Source: Methanocaldococcus jannaschii DSM 2661 (lineage in GTDB: Archaea > AGJL01 > Methanococci > Methanococcales > Methanocaldococcaceae). Taken from it: DNA of 32,000 nucleotides. The notes under the pieces were generated by a model. The model saw only the letters and a list, made by a program, of their open reading frames with translations. It was not told the DNA's origin and did not search any database. Made by a program: the position numbers and the translations under genes. Location: assembly GCF_000091665.1 (NCBI RefSeq), contig NC_000909.1, positions 122,871-154,870 on the forward strand, given 5' to 3'. Below, piece after piece: positions 24,426 through 32,000 of the stretch (position 1 is the stretch's first letter; each line of letters begins with the position of its first letter).

Positions 24426-26672
24426 TTGAAAATTCGTTTATATGGTGAAACGATGGTCGTGGGCAATATAATAGAAGGAGGGAAAACAGTTCTAAATTTA
24501 ACAAAAGAAATCTTAGAGAAAGAAGATGAGAACCTAAAAGTATCTTATCCTGGAACAAATTACAACCTACCAATTATATACGGTCTTTTAGGTAAAAAGA
24601 TAGAGACAGTCAAAGACTTAAAAGAATTAATTAACTCACTTGAGATAAAAGATGAAGAAACGTTAGAAAATGCGTTAGATGCTGGAGTTGTAACATTAAT
24701 ATGTGCTGAAGCGATTGAGGCTTTAAAATATGCAAAGAGTGAAAAACCTTACAAAGAGCCATATGTTGGCTTTATTCCTGATGAAATTTTGAGAGGTTTA
24801 GGAGTTCCTCTCGTAGAAGGAAAAATCCCTGCAATTTTAGTAGTTATTGGAAAAGTTGGAGATAAAGAGAAGCTAAAAAAACTCATAGATGACATAAAAA
24901 AGAGAAATATTTTGGCGTTATTAGTTGGAGATATAGTTAAAGAGATGGATGAAGCTGACATTGAGTATGGTTTAGACAAACTCCTTGTTCCAGTTGGAAA
25001 TGAAATAACCTCAGCAATACACGCTGCAAACTTGGCTATAAGAGCTCCATTAATATTTGGAGGAATTGAGCCTGGAAAAACAGAAGAAATTATAGACTAT
25101 CTAAAAAACAGAGTTCCAGCTGTTGTTGTAGCTTTGGGAGAGTTGGATAACATAACCTTAGCCGCTGGAGCTGGATGTATAAAAGCTGGAGTCCCAGTTA
25201 TAACCAACAATGAGGTTCCAGTTATTAAAGGAGCTTTAGAGAGTTCAGACATTGATAATATAGTAGAAAATGCCCTAAAAATGAAAGGCGTTAAGGTTAA
25301 GGTAGTTGAATTTGACATCCCTGTCTCTGTTGGGCCGATGAATGAGGGGGAGAGAGTTAGGGGCCCTGATATGTATGTTGAACTTGCAGGGCCGAAGAGT
25401 TATGGTTTTGAGTTGGTAAAAGTTGTAAATAAAGCAGAGGATAAGGTTGAAATTATAGGAAAAGATATTGATGAGATGGAAGAGGGTAGTAGAAACCCAT
25501 TCGCTATAATTGTTGAAGTTAGTGGAAGTAATTTGGAGGAAGATTTAGAAGGAGTTTTAGAAAGAAGAATCCATGAGTTTTTAAATTACATAGAAGGAGT
25601 AATGCACCTAAACCAAAGAGACCAAGTATGGATAAGAATAAATAAAAACTCGTTTAACAAAGGTTTAAGACTAAAACACATTGGTGAAGTTGTAAAACAA
25701 CTCTTTAAAGAACATTTCCCAATTGTTGAGAAGTGTAATGTAATTATTATAACAGACCCAGATAAGGTTAAAGAAGAGTTAGAGAAAGCCAAAGAGATTT
25801 ACAAAAAGAGAGATGAAAAAACAAAATCCATAAGAGAGGAAGATGTTGATGTATTCTACGGCTGTGTAATGTGTCAGAGTTTTGCTCCAACTCATGTATG
25901 TATTATAACACCAGACAGACCTTCCCTCTGTGGAAGTATAAACTACTTAGATGCAAGGGCTGCTGCTAAAATAGACCCTAACGGACCGATATTCGAAATA
26001 CCAAAAGGAGAATGCTTAGATGAAAAGTTAGGAATCTACACAGGTGTGAATGAGGTTGTTAGGGAGAGGTCTCAAGGAAGTGTTGAAGAGATGGCATTAC
26101 ATAGTGCTTTAACAAACCCATGCACATCTTGCGGATGCTTTGAGGCTATTGTCTTCTACATCCCAGAAGTTGATGGATTTGGAGTAGCCCATAGAAACTT
26201 TAGAGGAGAGACACCGTTTGGTTTGCCATTCTCTACTTTAGCTGGGCAGTGTAGTGGTGGAAAGCAGGTTCCTGGGTTCGTTGGTATTTCAATATCTTAT
26301 ATGAAATCCCCTAAGTTCTTACAGGGAGACGGTGGTTGGGAGAGGGTTGTTTGGTTACCGAAAGAGTTAAAAGAGAGAGTTAAAGATGCGATACCAGAAG
26401 AGTTGTATGATAAGATAGCTACAGAAGAAGACGTTAAAACAACTGATGAATTAATCAAGTTCCTAAAAGAAAAAGGACATCCAATAGTTAAAAAGACAGA
26501 GGAAGAAGTTGTTGAAGAAGTCGAAGAAGAGAAAGAAGAGGTTAAAGCTACTGAAGAGGAAAAAGAAGGCATTGAAGTTGGTGAGTTAATAACCAAGTTA
26601 GCAAAAGAGGGAGGAATCCAAATTATTATGAAGAACGTCAAGATTGTGATAAATCTCAATGTGAAAAGATAA
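24426..26672 (+). CDS. Long-form acetyl-CoA synthase (A-cluster subunit, CdhC/AcsB) with a bacterial AcsB-like N-terminal domain
   Basis: The C-terminal about 450 aa are paralogous to cdhC at 30200..31609 (CVMCQSFAPTHVC, CTSCGCFE). The N-terminal about 300 aa contain SYPGTNYNLPIIYG and AEAIEALKYAK, which resemble the AcsB N-terminal blocks YPDTAYYLPVI and AAEIIEALRYLKY as recalled from memory. The probable true start is ATG 24453, with GGTGA 4 nt upstream. Confidence 0.8.
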   Translation: MKIRLYGETMVVGNIIEGGKTVLNLTKEILEKEDENLKVSYPGTNYNLPIIYGLLGKKIETVKDLKELINSLEIKDEETLENALDAGVVTLICAEAIEALKYAKSEKPYKEPYVGFIPDEILRGLGVPLVEGKIPAILVVIGKVGDKEKLKKLIDDIKKRNILALLVGDIVKEMDEADIEYGLDKLLVPVGNEITSAIHAANLAIRAPLIFGGIEPGKTEEIIDYLKNRVPAVVVALGELDNITLAAGAGCIKAGVPVITNNEVPVIKGALESSDIDNIVENALKMKGVKVKVVEFDIPVSVGPMNEGERVRGPDMYVELAGPKSYGFELVKVVNKAEDKVEIIGKDIDEMEEGSRNPFAIIVEVSGSNLEEDLEGVLERRIHEFLNYIEGVMHLNQRDQVWIRINKNSFNKGLRLKHIGEVVKQLFKEHFPIVEKCNVIIITDPDKVKEELEKAKEIYKKRDEKTKSIREEDVDVFYGCVMCQSFAPTHVCIITPDRPSLCGSINYLDARAAAKIDPNGPIFEIPKGECLDEKLGIYTGVNEVVRERSQGSVEEMALHSALTNPCTSCGCFEAIVFYIPEVDGFGVAHRNFRGETPFGLPFSTLAGQCSGGKQVPGFVGISISYMKSPKFLQGDGGWERVVWLPKELKERVKDAIPEELYDKIATEEDVKTTDELIKFLKEKGHPIVKKTEEEVVEEVEEEKEEVKATEEEKEGIEVGELITKLAKEGGIQIIMKNVKIVINLNVKR

Positions 26673-26846
26673 ATGCCCTATCATAAACTTTATATTTTAT
26701 GCCAACACTAATTTATTTTTTTAAATTAATAGATACTCATTTTTAAAAATCCCTACAAAACAATTTTTAAAATGCGTAATTTTTTTGTTAAAAGAAAAAT
26801 TCAGTCCTTATTTTCATACCAAACTTGGCTTTAGTCATAACAAACT

Positions 26847-26856
26847 TTATATATTA
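26847..26856 (+). promoter_or_regulatory. Candidate TATA box (TTTATATATT) for the cdhA operon
   Basis: Matches the methanogen TTTATATA consensus. It lies about 60-70 nt upstream of the cdhA start candidates. Confidence 0.35.
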
Positions 26857-26908
26857 AAGTTTTAAAAACTAACCTTAAATTATAATGATTAATCATGACA
26901 ATTAAGAA

Positions 26909-29236
26909 GTGATGGTTATGGGGAATAACGTAGAAATGGACATTAAAAAACTCCTTACACCATTAGTTAAGATGAAAAACGCAAACATATCCATGAGTAT
27001 AAAGTTTGGAGAAGAAGAGGAAGAAGAATGGGAACCAATGGGACCTACTCCAATGCCAAAAATCCCTACATTAAGACACTGGGACTTTAAGCTCTTAGAG
27101 AGATATCCTCCATTCTATATGCCAATCTGTGATTTATGCTGTCTCTGTACTTTTGGAAAGTGTGATTTAAGCAGAGGGAAGAAAGGAGCTTGTGGTTTAA
27201 ATATCAAAGCTCAACAGGCAAGAATTGTTTTAATTGCCTGCTGTATTGGAGCGGCATGTCATGCTGGACATAGTAGGCATTTAGTTCATCACCTAATTGA
27301 GACGTTGGGAAGAGATTATCCAATAGATTTGGGTAATGAAATAGAGGTTGAGGCACCAATAGCAAGGACAGTAACTGGTATTAAACCAAAAACACTTGGA
27401 GATTTAGAGAAAATCTTAGATTACTGTGAAGAGCAGATAACTCATTTATTATCAGCGGCACATACTGGGCAGGAAGGGGATTACTTAGATTTTGAGAGTA
27501 AAGCGTTACATGCAGGAATGATTGATGATTTAGCAAGAGAAGCAGGAGATTTGGCCCAAATAGTTGCCTACAACATGCCAAAAGGAGATGAAGATGCTCC
27601 TTTAATAGAATTAGGGTTTGGTTGCATAGACAAGAGTAAGCCAGTTATCTTGTGTATTGGGCATAACGTAGTCCCAGGTAGCTACATATTAGAGTATTTA
27701 GAAGAAAACAGTATGGAGGATGAAGTAGAGGTCTGCGGTATCTGTTGTACAGCTATAGACATCACAAGGGTTTCAGATAAACCAAAGGTTGTAGGGCCTT
27801 TATCAAGGCAGTTGATGTTTGTAAGAAGTGGGGTTGCTGATGTTGTAATTGTAGATGAGCAGTGTATTAGAACAGATATCTTAGAGGAGGTTTTAAAAAC
27901 TGGAGCTGTCTTGATAGCAACAAATGAGAAGATGTGTTTGGGATTAGAGGATGTTTCCCACATGGATGAGGATGAAATTATAGGCTATTTATTGAGAAAT
28001 AGGGCAGCTTTACTCTTAGATGAGAAGAAAGTTGGAAAAGTTGCTGTTGAAGTTGCTAAAATAGTTGCTAAGGAGAGAAAGGATAGAAAAACCCTACCAG
28101 ATTTAAATGAAGTTGTTGAGTTGGCAAAACAATGCACTGAATGTGGATGGTGCAACAGAAACTGTCCAAATGCATTTAAAGTTAAGGAAGCAATGGCTTT
28201 AGCAAAACAGGGTAATTTTAAAGGATTCATTGATTTGTATAAGAGATGTTATGGCTGTGGAAGATGTGAAGCTATCTGTCCAAGGAATTTGCCAATAGTT
28301 AGCATGACTACAAAGGTTGGAGAGGCATACTATAAAGACTTAAAGTTCAAGATGAGGGCTGGAAGAGGGCCTATAAAAGATGTTGAAATTAGAAGTGTTG
28401 GAGCTCCAATTGTATTTGGAGATATTCCTGGAGTTGTTGCTTTAGTTGGATGTTCAAACCATCCAAATGGTGAGGAAGAAGTAGCGATGATTGCAAAGGA
28501 GTTCTTGGAGAGGAAGTATATAGTTGTAGCAACTGGTTGTGCAGCAATGGCAATTGGAATGTGGAAAGATAAAGATGGAAAAACATTATATGAGAAGTAT
28601 CCAGGTGAATTTAGGGCTGGAGGTCTTGTAAATTGTGGTTCTTGTCTCTCAAACTGCCACATTACTGGAGCTGCTATAAAAATTGCCAACATCTTTGCCA
28701 AAGTTCCGTTGAGAGGAAACTATGCTGAAGTTGCAGATTACATACTAAACAAAGTTGGAGCTGTTGGTGTTGCATGGGGTGCTATGAGTCAAAAGGCTGC
28801 TGCAATTGCTACTGGAGTCAATAGATGGGGAATCCCTGTTATTTTAGGCCCTCATGGAGCTAAGTATAGAAGGCTGTATTTAAGCAATGGAGAGAAATTC
28901 AAAGTTAAAGATAAAAAAACAGGAGAAATTTTGGAGATAGAGCCAGCTCCAGAGCATTTGATTGTAACTGCTGAGAATGTTAAAGAATGCATCTGCATGA
29001 TTCCAAAGCTATGTATGAGGCCAAACGATACTCCAAAAGGTAGAGCCAATAAGATTTACCACTACGTTGATGTCTATGAAAAATACTTTGGAAGAATGCC
29101 TCCAGATTTAGAGAAATTCGTTAGAACTGAAAAAGACATCCCATTTATGATGAAAGATAAGATAATGGCATACTTAGAAGAAAAAGGATGGAAGCCATTG
29201 GAGAAATATCCACAAGACCCAACAATATTGTATTAA
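26909..29236 (+). CDS. cdhA: CO dehydrogenase/acetyl-CoA synthase alpha subunit (CODH catalytic subunit)
   Basis: 775 aa. N-terminal Cys clusters [14 protein letters not shown] and GACG. Internal ferredoxin insert [12 protein letters not shown] and [13 protein letters not shown]-cluster region GCSNH...GSCLSNCH. The likely start is ATG 26918. Confidence 0.9.
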   Translation: MMVMGNNVEMDIKKLLTPLVKMKNANISMSIKFGEEEEEEWEPMGPTPMPKIPTLRHWDFKLLERYPPFYMPICDLCCLCTFGKCDLSRGKKGACGLNIKAQQARIVLIACCIGAACHAGHSRHLVHHLIETLGRDYPIDLGNEIEVEAPIARTVTGIKPKTLGDLEKILDYCEEQITHLLSAAHTGQEGDYLDFESKALHAGMIDDLAREAGDLAQIVAYNMPKGDEDAPLIELGFGCIDKSKPVILCIGHNVVPGSYILEYLEENSMEDEVEVCGICCTAIDITRVSDKPKVVGPLSRQLMFVRSGVADVVIVDEQCIRTDILEEVLKTGAVLIATNEKMCLGLEDVSHMDEDEIIGYLLRNRAALLLDEKKVGKVAVEVAKIVAKERKDRKTLPDLNEVVELAKQCTECGWCNRNCPNAFKVKEAMALAKQGNFKGFIDLYKRCYGCGRCEAICPRNLPIVSMTTKVGEAYYKDLKFKMRAGRGPIKDVEIRSVGAPIVFGDIPGVVALVGCSNHPNGEEEVAMIAKEFLERKYIVVATGCAAMAIGMWKDKDGKTLYEKYPGEFRAGGLVNCGSCLSNCHITGAAIKIANIFAKVPLRGNYAEVADYILNKVGAVGVAWGAMSQKAAAIATGVNRWGIPVILGPHGAKYRRLYLSNGEKFKVKDKKTGEILEIEPAPEHLIVTAENVKECICMIPKLCMRPNDTPKGRANKIYHYVDVYEKYFGRMPPDLEKFVRTEKDIPFMMKDKIMAYLEEKGWKPLEKYPQDPTILY

Positions 29237-29267
29237 CTCCTAATTCTTTTACTTTAAATTTCTGAAG

Positions 29268-29720
29268 TTGGTGATAGTAATGGATGAGAGATTTATTGCC
29301 TATATCCCAACAGCTGGGAGCAATGTAGCACATGCTGAAATAACATCTCCAACACTTGTTAAGATGATGATTAGAAGGGCTAAAAAACCAATCTTAATAT
29401 TGGGAGAGAATTTGGAGGAAAATGAGAAAGAGCTAATCAGCAAATTAATTGAGAAATTTAACTTAAAAACAATAAAAACACCGGAAGAAATGAATTTAAT
29501 GGCTATAATGAAATATTTGGCAAGTAGTGATTATGATTTAGCCCTATTCACTGGAATAACTTACTATTACTTAGCTCAGGCAGCAACTCATCTAAAACAG
29601 TTCTCAAATGTGGTAACAATATCAATAGACAAATATTATCAGCCAAATACCCTTTATTCATTCCCAAATCTCAGCAAGGAAGAATATTTAGACTATTTGA
29701 GGAAGTTATTGGAGGGGTAG
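29268..29720 (+). CDS. cdhB: CODH/ACS epsilon subunit
   Basis: About 146 aa, directly downstream of cdhA. The size and position are characteristic of archaeal cdh operons. The likely start is ATG 29280, preceded by the GGTGAT SD. Confidence 0.75.
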   Translation: MVIVMDERFIAYIPTAGSNVAHAEITSPTLVKMMIRRAKKPILILGENLEENEKELISKLIEKFNLKTIKTPEEMNLMAIMKYLASSDYDLALFTGITYYYLAQAATHLKQFSNVVTISIDKYYQPNTLYSFPNLSKEEYLDYLRKLLEG

Positions 29721-29721
29721 A

Positions 29722-30177
29722 ATGAACCCAAAAATTATCGTCTTAAATCCAGAAAAATGCACCAAATGCTATGACTGTATAAACATCTGTAAAGAGATTC
29801 ATGGAGAGAGTAGAGTAAGGAAGGTTGATGGCATTCCAATATTTTGCATGCAGTGTGAAAACGCTCCCTGTAAAGAGATTTGTCCTGTTGATGCAATCTA
29901 TCTAAAAGATGGCATTCCAATTGTAGATAAGGAGAGATGTATTGCTTGTGGAATGTGTGCAATTGCCTGCCCAATAGGAGCAATATTTATAAAAAACAGG
30001 GTTGCTCATAAATGCACCCTCTGCTTGGATGTTGATAGAATAACTCCAGCCTGTGTAGAGGCTTGTAAGGACAAAGCCCTCTTATTAGTATCAGAAGAAA
30101 CACTTGACATGATGAAAGAAGAGAAAAGAAAAAAAATACTTAAAATTTTGAGAGAAGAAGCTAAAGAAAACCTATAA
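29722..30177 (+). CDS. CooF-like multi-[4Fe-4S] iron-sulfur protein
   Basis: 151 aa. Four Cys clusters: CTKCYDCINIC, CMQCENAPCKEICP, CIACGMCAIACP and CTLC...CVEAC. GGAGGGG SD upstream. Confidence 0.8.
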   Translation: MNPKIIVLNPEKCTKCYDCINICKEIHGESRVRKVDGIPIFCMQCENAPCKEICPVDAIYLKDGIPIVDKERCIACGMCAIACPIGAIFIKNRVAHKCTLCLDVDRITPACVEACKDKALLLVSEETLDMMKEEKRKKILKILREEAKENL

Positions 30178-30199
30178 AAACACTTAAAGGTGAGAAAGC

Positions 30200-31609
30200 A
30201 TGTTTGATGATATCCCTGTCTCTGTTGGGCCGATGAATGAGGGGGAGAGAGTTAGGGGCCCTGATATGTATGTTGAACTTGCAGGGCCGAAGAGTTATGG
30301 TTTTGAGTTGGTAAAAGTTGTAAATAAAGCAGAGGATAAGGTTGAAATTATAGGAAAAGATATTGATGAGATGGAAGAGGGTAGTAGAAACCCATTCGCT
30401 ATAATTGTTGAAGTTAGTGGAAGTAATTTGGAGGAAGATTTAGAAGGAGTTTTAGAAAGAAGAATCCATGAGTTTTTAAATTACATAGAAGGAGTAATGC
30501 ACCTAAACCAAAGAGACCAAGTATGGATAAGAATAAATAAGGATTCTTTTAATAAGGGATTGAGATTAAAGCATATTGGAAAAGTCGTTCAAAGATTGTT
30601 TAAGGCAGAGTTTCCGTTTATAGAAAAATGTGATGTAACCATCATAACAGACCCAGAAAAAGTTAAAGAAGAGTTAGAAAAGGCAAGAGAAATTTACAAC
30701 AAAAGAGATGAGAAAACTAAGGCACTGCATGAAGAGGATGTTGATGTATTCTATGGTTGTGTGATGTGTCAAAGTTTCGCTCCAACACACGTGTGTGTTA
30801 TAACTCCAGACAGACCAGCGTTGTGTGGAGGTATAAACTACTTAGATGCAAGGGCTGCTGCTAAAATAGACCCTAACGGACCGATATTTGAAATACCTAA
30901 AGGAGAATGCTTGGATGAAAAGTTAGGAATTTACTCTGGAGTAAATGAAGTTGTTAGAGAAAGGTCTCAAGGAACTGTTGAAGAGGTAACCCTACATAGT
31001 GCATTAGAAAAACCTTGCACATCTTGCGGATGCTTTGAGGCTATTGTCTTCTACATCCCAGAGGTTGATGGATTTGGTATAGCACATAGGGGATATAAAG
31101 GAGAAACTCCAATGGGAATTCCATTCTCTACTTTAGCTGGGCAGTGTAGTGGTGGAAAGCAGGTTCCTGGGTTCGTTGGTATTTCAATATCTTATATGAA
31201 ATCCCCTAAGTTCTTACAGGGAGACGGTGGTTGGGAGAGGGTTGTTTGGTTACCGAAAGAGTTAAAAGAGAGAGTTAAAGATGCGATACCAGAAGAGTTG
31301 TATGATAAGATAGCTACAGAAGAAGACGTTAAAACAACTGATGAATTAATCAAGTTCCTAAAAGAAAAAGGACACCCATGTGCTGAAAGAATAGGTGCTG
31401 AAGTTGAAGAAGAGGCAATTGAAGAGGAAGAAGTAGAAGAAGAGATGGAAGAAGTTGAAGGAATTGAAGTACCAACTATGACTCTTCCAGGAACATTTGC
31501 TGGGCTTCCACCAGGAATAAAAATAGTCTTATACAATGCAGTAATTAAAGCAGAAAAAATAATTATTACAAAAGAAGAGCCAGAAAAGAAGAAGAAAAAG
31601 AAGAAGTAA
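30200..31609 (+). CDS. cdhC: CODH/ACS beta subunit (acetyl-CoA synthase, A-cluster), short archaeal form
   Basis: 469 aa. CVMCQSFAPTHVC...LCG [4Fe-4S] ligands and the CTSCGCFE Ni-binding Cys-Gly-Cys. An acidic region, then a poly-Lys tail. GGTGA SD upstream. Confidence 0.9.
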   Translation: MFDDIPVSVGPMNEGERVRGPDMYVELAGPKSYGFELVKVVNKAEDKVEIIGKDIDEMEEGSRNPFAIIVEVSGSNLEEDLEGVLERRIHEFLNYIEGVMHLNQRDQVWIRINKDSFNKGLRLKHIGKVVQRLFKAEFPFIEKCDVTIITDPEKVKEELEKAREIYNKRDEKTKALHEEDVDVFYGCVMCQSFAPTHVCVITPDRPALCGGINYLDARAAAKIDPNGPIFEIPKGECLDEKLGIYSGVNEVVRERSQGTVEEVTLHSALEKPCTSCGCFEAIVFYIPEVDGFGIAHRGYKGETPMGIPFSTLAGQCSGGKQVPGFVGISISYMKSPKFLQGDGGWERVVWLPKELKERVKDAIPEELYDKIATEEDVKTTDELIKFLKEKGHPCAERIGAEVEEEAIEEEEVEEEMEEVEGIEVPTMTLPGTFAGLPPGIKIVLYNAVIKAEKIIITKEEPEKKKKKKK

Positions 31610-31774
31610 TTTTTATCTCTTTTACAAAATTTTATTTTCAGTTTTATTTGTATATTTAAATTTATTGATATAATGTGATAAAATAAAATAATAACTATAC
31701 ACCCATATAACCCATTCAAGAATTTCCATTCCTTTTTTTGGGCCATGCATAGGCTTCCACATCCGCTTAGTGTC

Positions 31775-32000
31775 TGGATACCCTGCCGGGCCCTTGGGCG
31801 ATTAGTACCGGCGGGCTGAACGCCTCGGGCAAAGCCCTCGGCGCTTACACCCCCGGCCTATCAACCTCCTCTTATAGGAGAGCCCTCGTCCCCGAAGGAC
31901 TGGCCGCCTATTTTCGGGGAGGGTTTCGGGCTTAGATGCCTTCAGCCCTTATCCCTTAGCGCGTAGCTGCCCGGCAATGCCCTGTCGGACAACCGGTAGA
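31775..32000 (-). rRNA. 23S rRNA, 3'-terminal part (the gene continues beyond the window end)
   Basis: The plus strand reads ATTAGTACCGG...GCGCTTACACCCCCGGCCTATCAACC...GGGCTTAGATGCCTTCAGC. This is the reverse complement of the universally conserved 3' domain of 23S rRNA. There is an abrupt shift to high GC. The 3' boundary is approximate (about +/-20 nt). GC-rich 31741-31774 probably belongs to the processing stem. Confidence 0.9.

Noticed and set aside
26297-26659. 120-aa Ser-rich ORF antisense to the long ACS gene, and its twin at 31192..31746
   Set aside because: These are the antisense reading of the Glu/Lys-rich acidic tails (GAA/GAG repeats read as TTC/CTC/TCT). Both lie entirely inside strongly supported genes.
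24354-26779. Shared 9-mer AATGCGTAA upstream of both cdh transcription units (24354-24362 and 26771-26779) as a regulator binding site
   Set aside because: The distance to the candidate TATA boxes differs (about 15 versus about 76 nt). The motif is not palindromic, and a single shared 9-mer between two 250-bp regions is not clearly beyond chance.
31610-31774. Expected 5S rRNA gene downstream of the 23S 3' end
   Set aside because: The interval is AT-rich with no 5S-like GC-rich helices. This rRNA operon apparently has no adjacent 5S gene on this side.

Overview
This is a strongly AT-rich archaeal chromosome segment. From memory of the proteins and gene order, not from a search, it looks like Methanocaldococcus jannaschii, roughly MJ0125 to MJ0156: RNase HII, PurP, the MVP K+ channel, HemA, GTP cyclohydrolase III, an Lrp-family regulator and the CODH/ACS genes. 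Reading left to right: (1) A defence-type island with two tandem MntA/HepT (MNT/HEPN) toxin-antitoxin pairs and a type I R-M hsdM-hsdS operon. As sequenced, both R-M genes carry single-base frameshifts, and a small membrane ORF lies between them. (2) Housekeeping genes: endonuclease IV-like, trmI, rnhB and purP. (3) An orphan 16-repeat CRISPR array (30-bp repeat ATTAAAATCAGACCGTTTCGGAATGGAAAT) with a long AT-rich leader and no cas genes in the window. (4) A ClpP-class protease, a domain-permuted CobQ-like amidotransferase, two adjacent K+ channel genes, tRNA-Val(CAC) and an internally deleted IS6-like element. (5) A tetrapyrrole operon (precorrin-2 dehydrogenase, hemA) with an MNT/HEPN pair wedged inside it. 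(6) A Dus-like TIM barrel, GTP cyclohydrolase III, a ferredoxin, an archaeal ATPase and cbf5. (7) V4R and Lrp regulators, then the CODH/ACS cluster, which has two ACS paralogues showing mosaic gene conversion. (8) The 3' end of a 23S rRNA gene on the minus strand. The most interesting signal not explained by genes is a set of small GC-rich palindromic elements. One family has a hairpin with a conserved 12-nt loop and a fully covarying 8-bp stem. These elements sit at the 3' ends of three minus-strand genes, between the stop codon in use and a displaced second copy of the same coding 3' end. Two of the displaced copies differ from the used copy almost only at synonymous positions. That argues for 3'-end replacement or recombination rather than simple insertion followed by decay.
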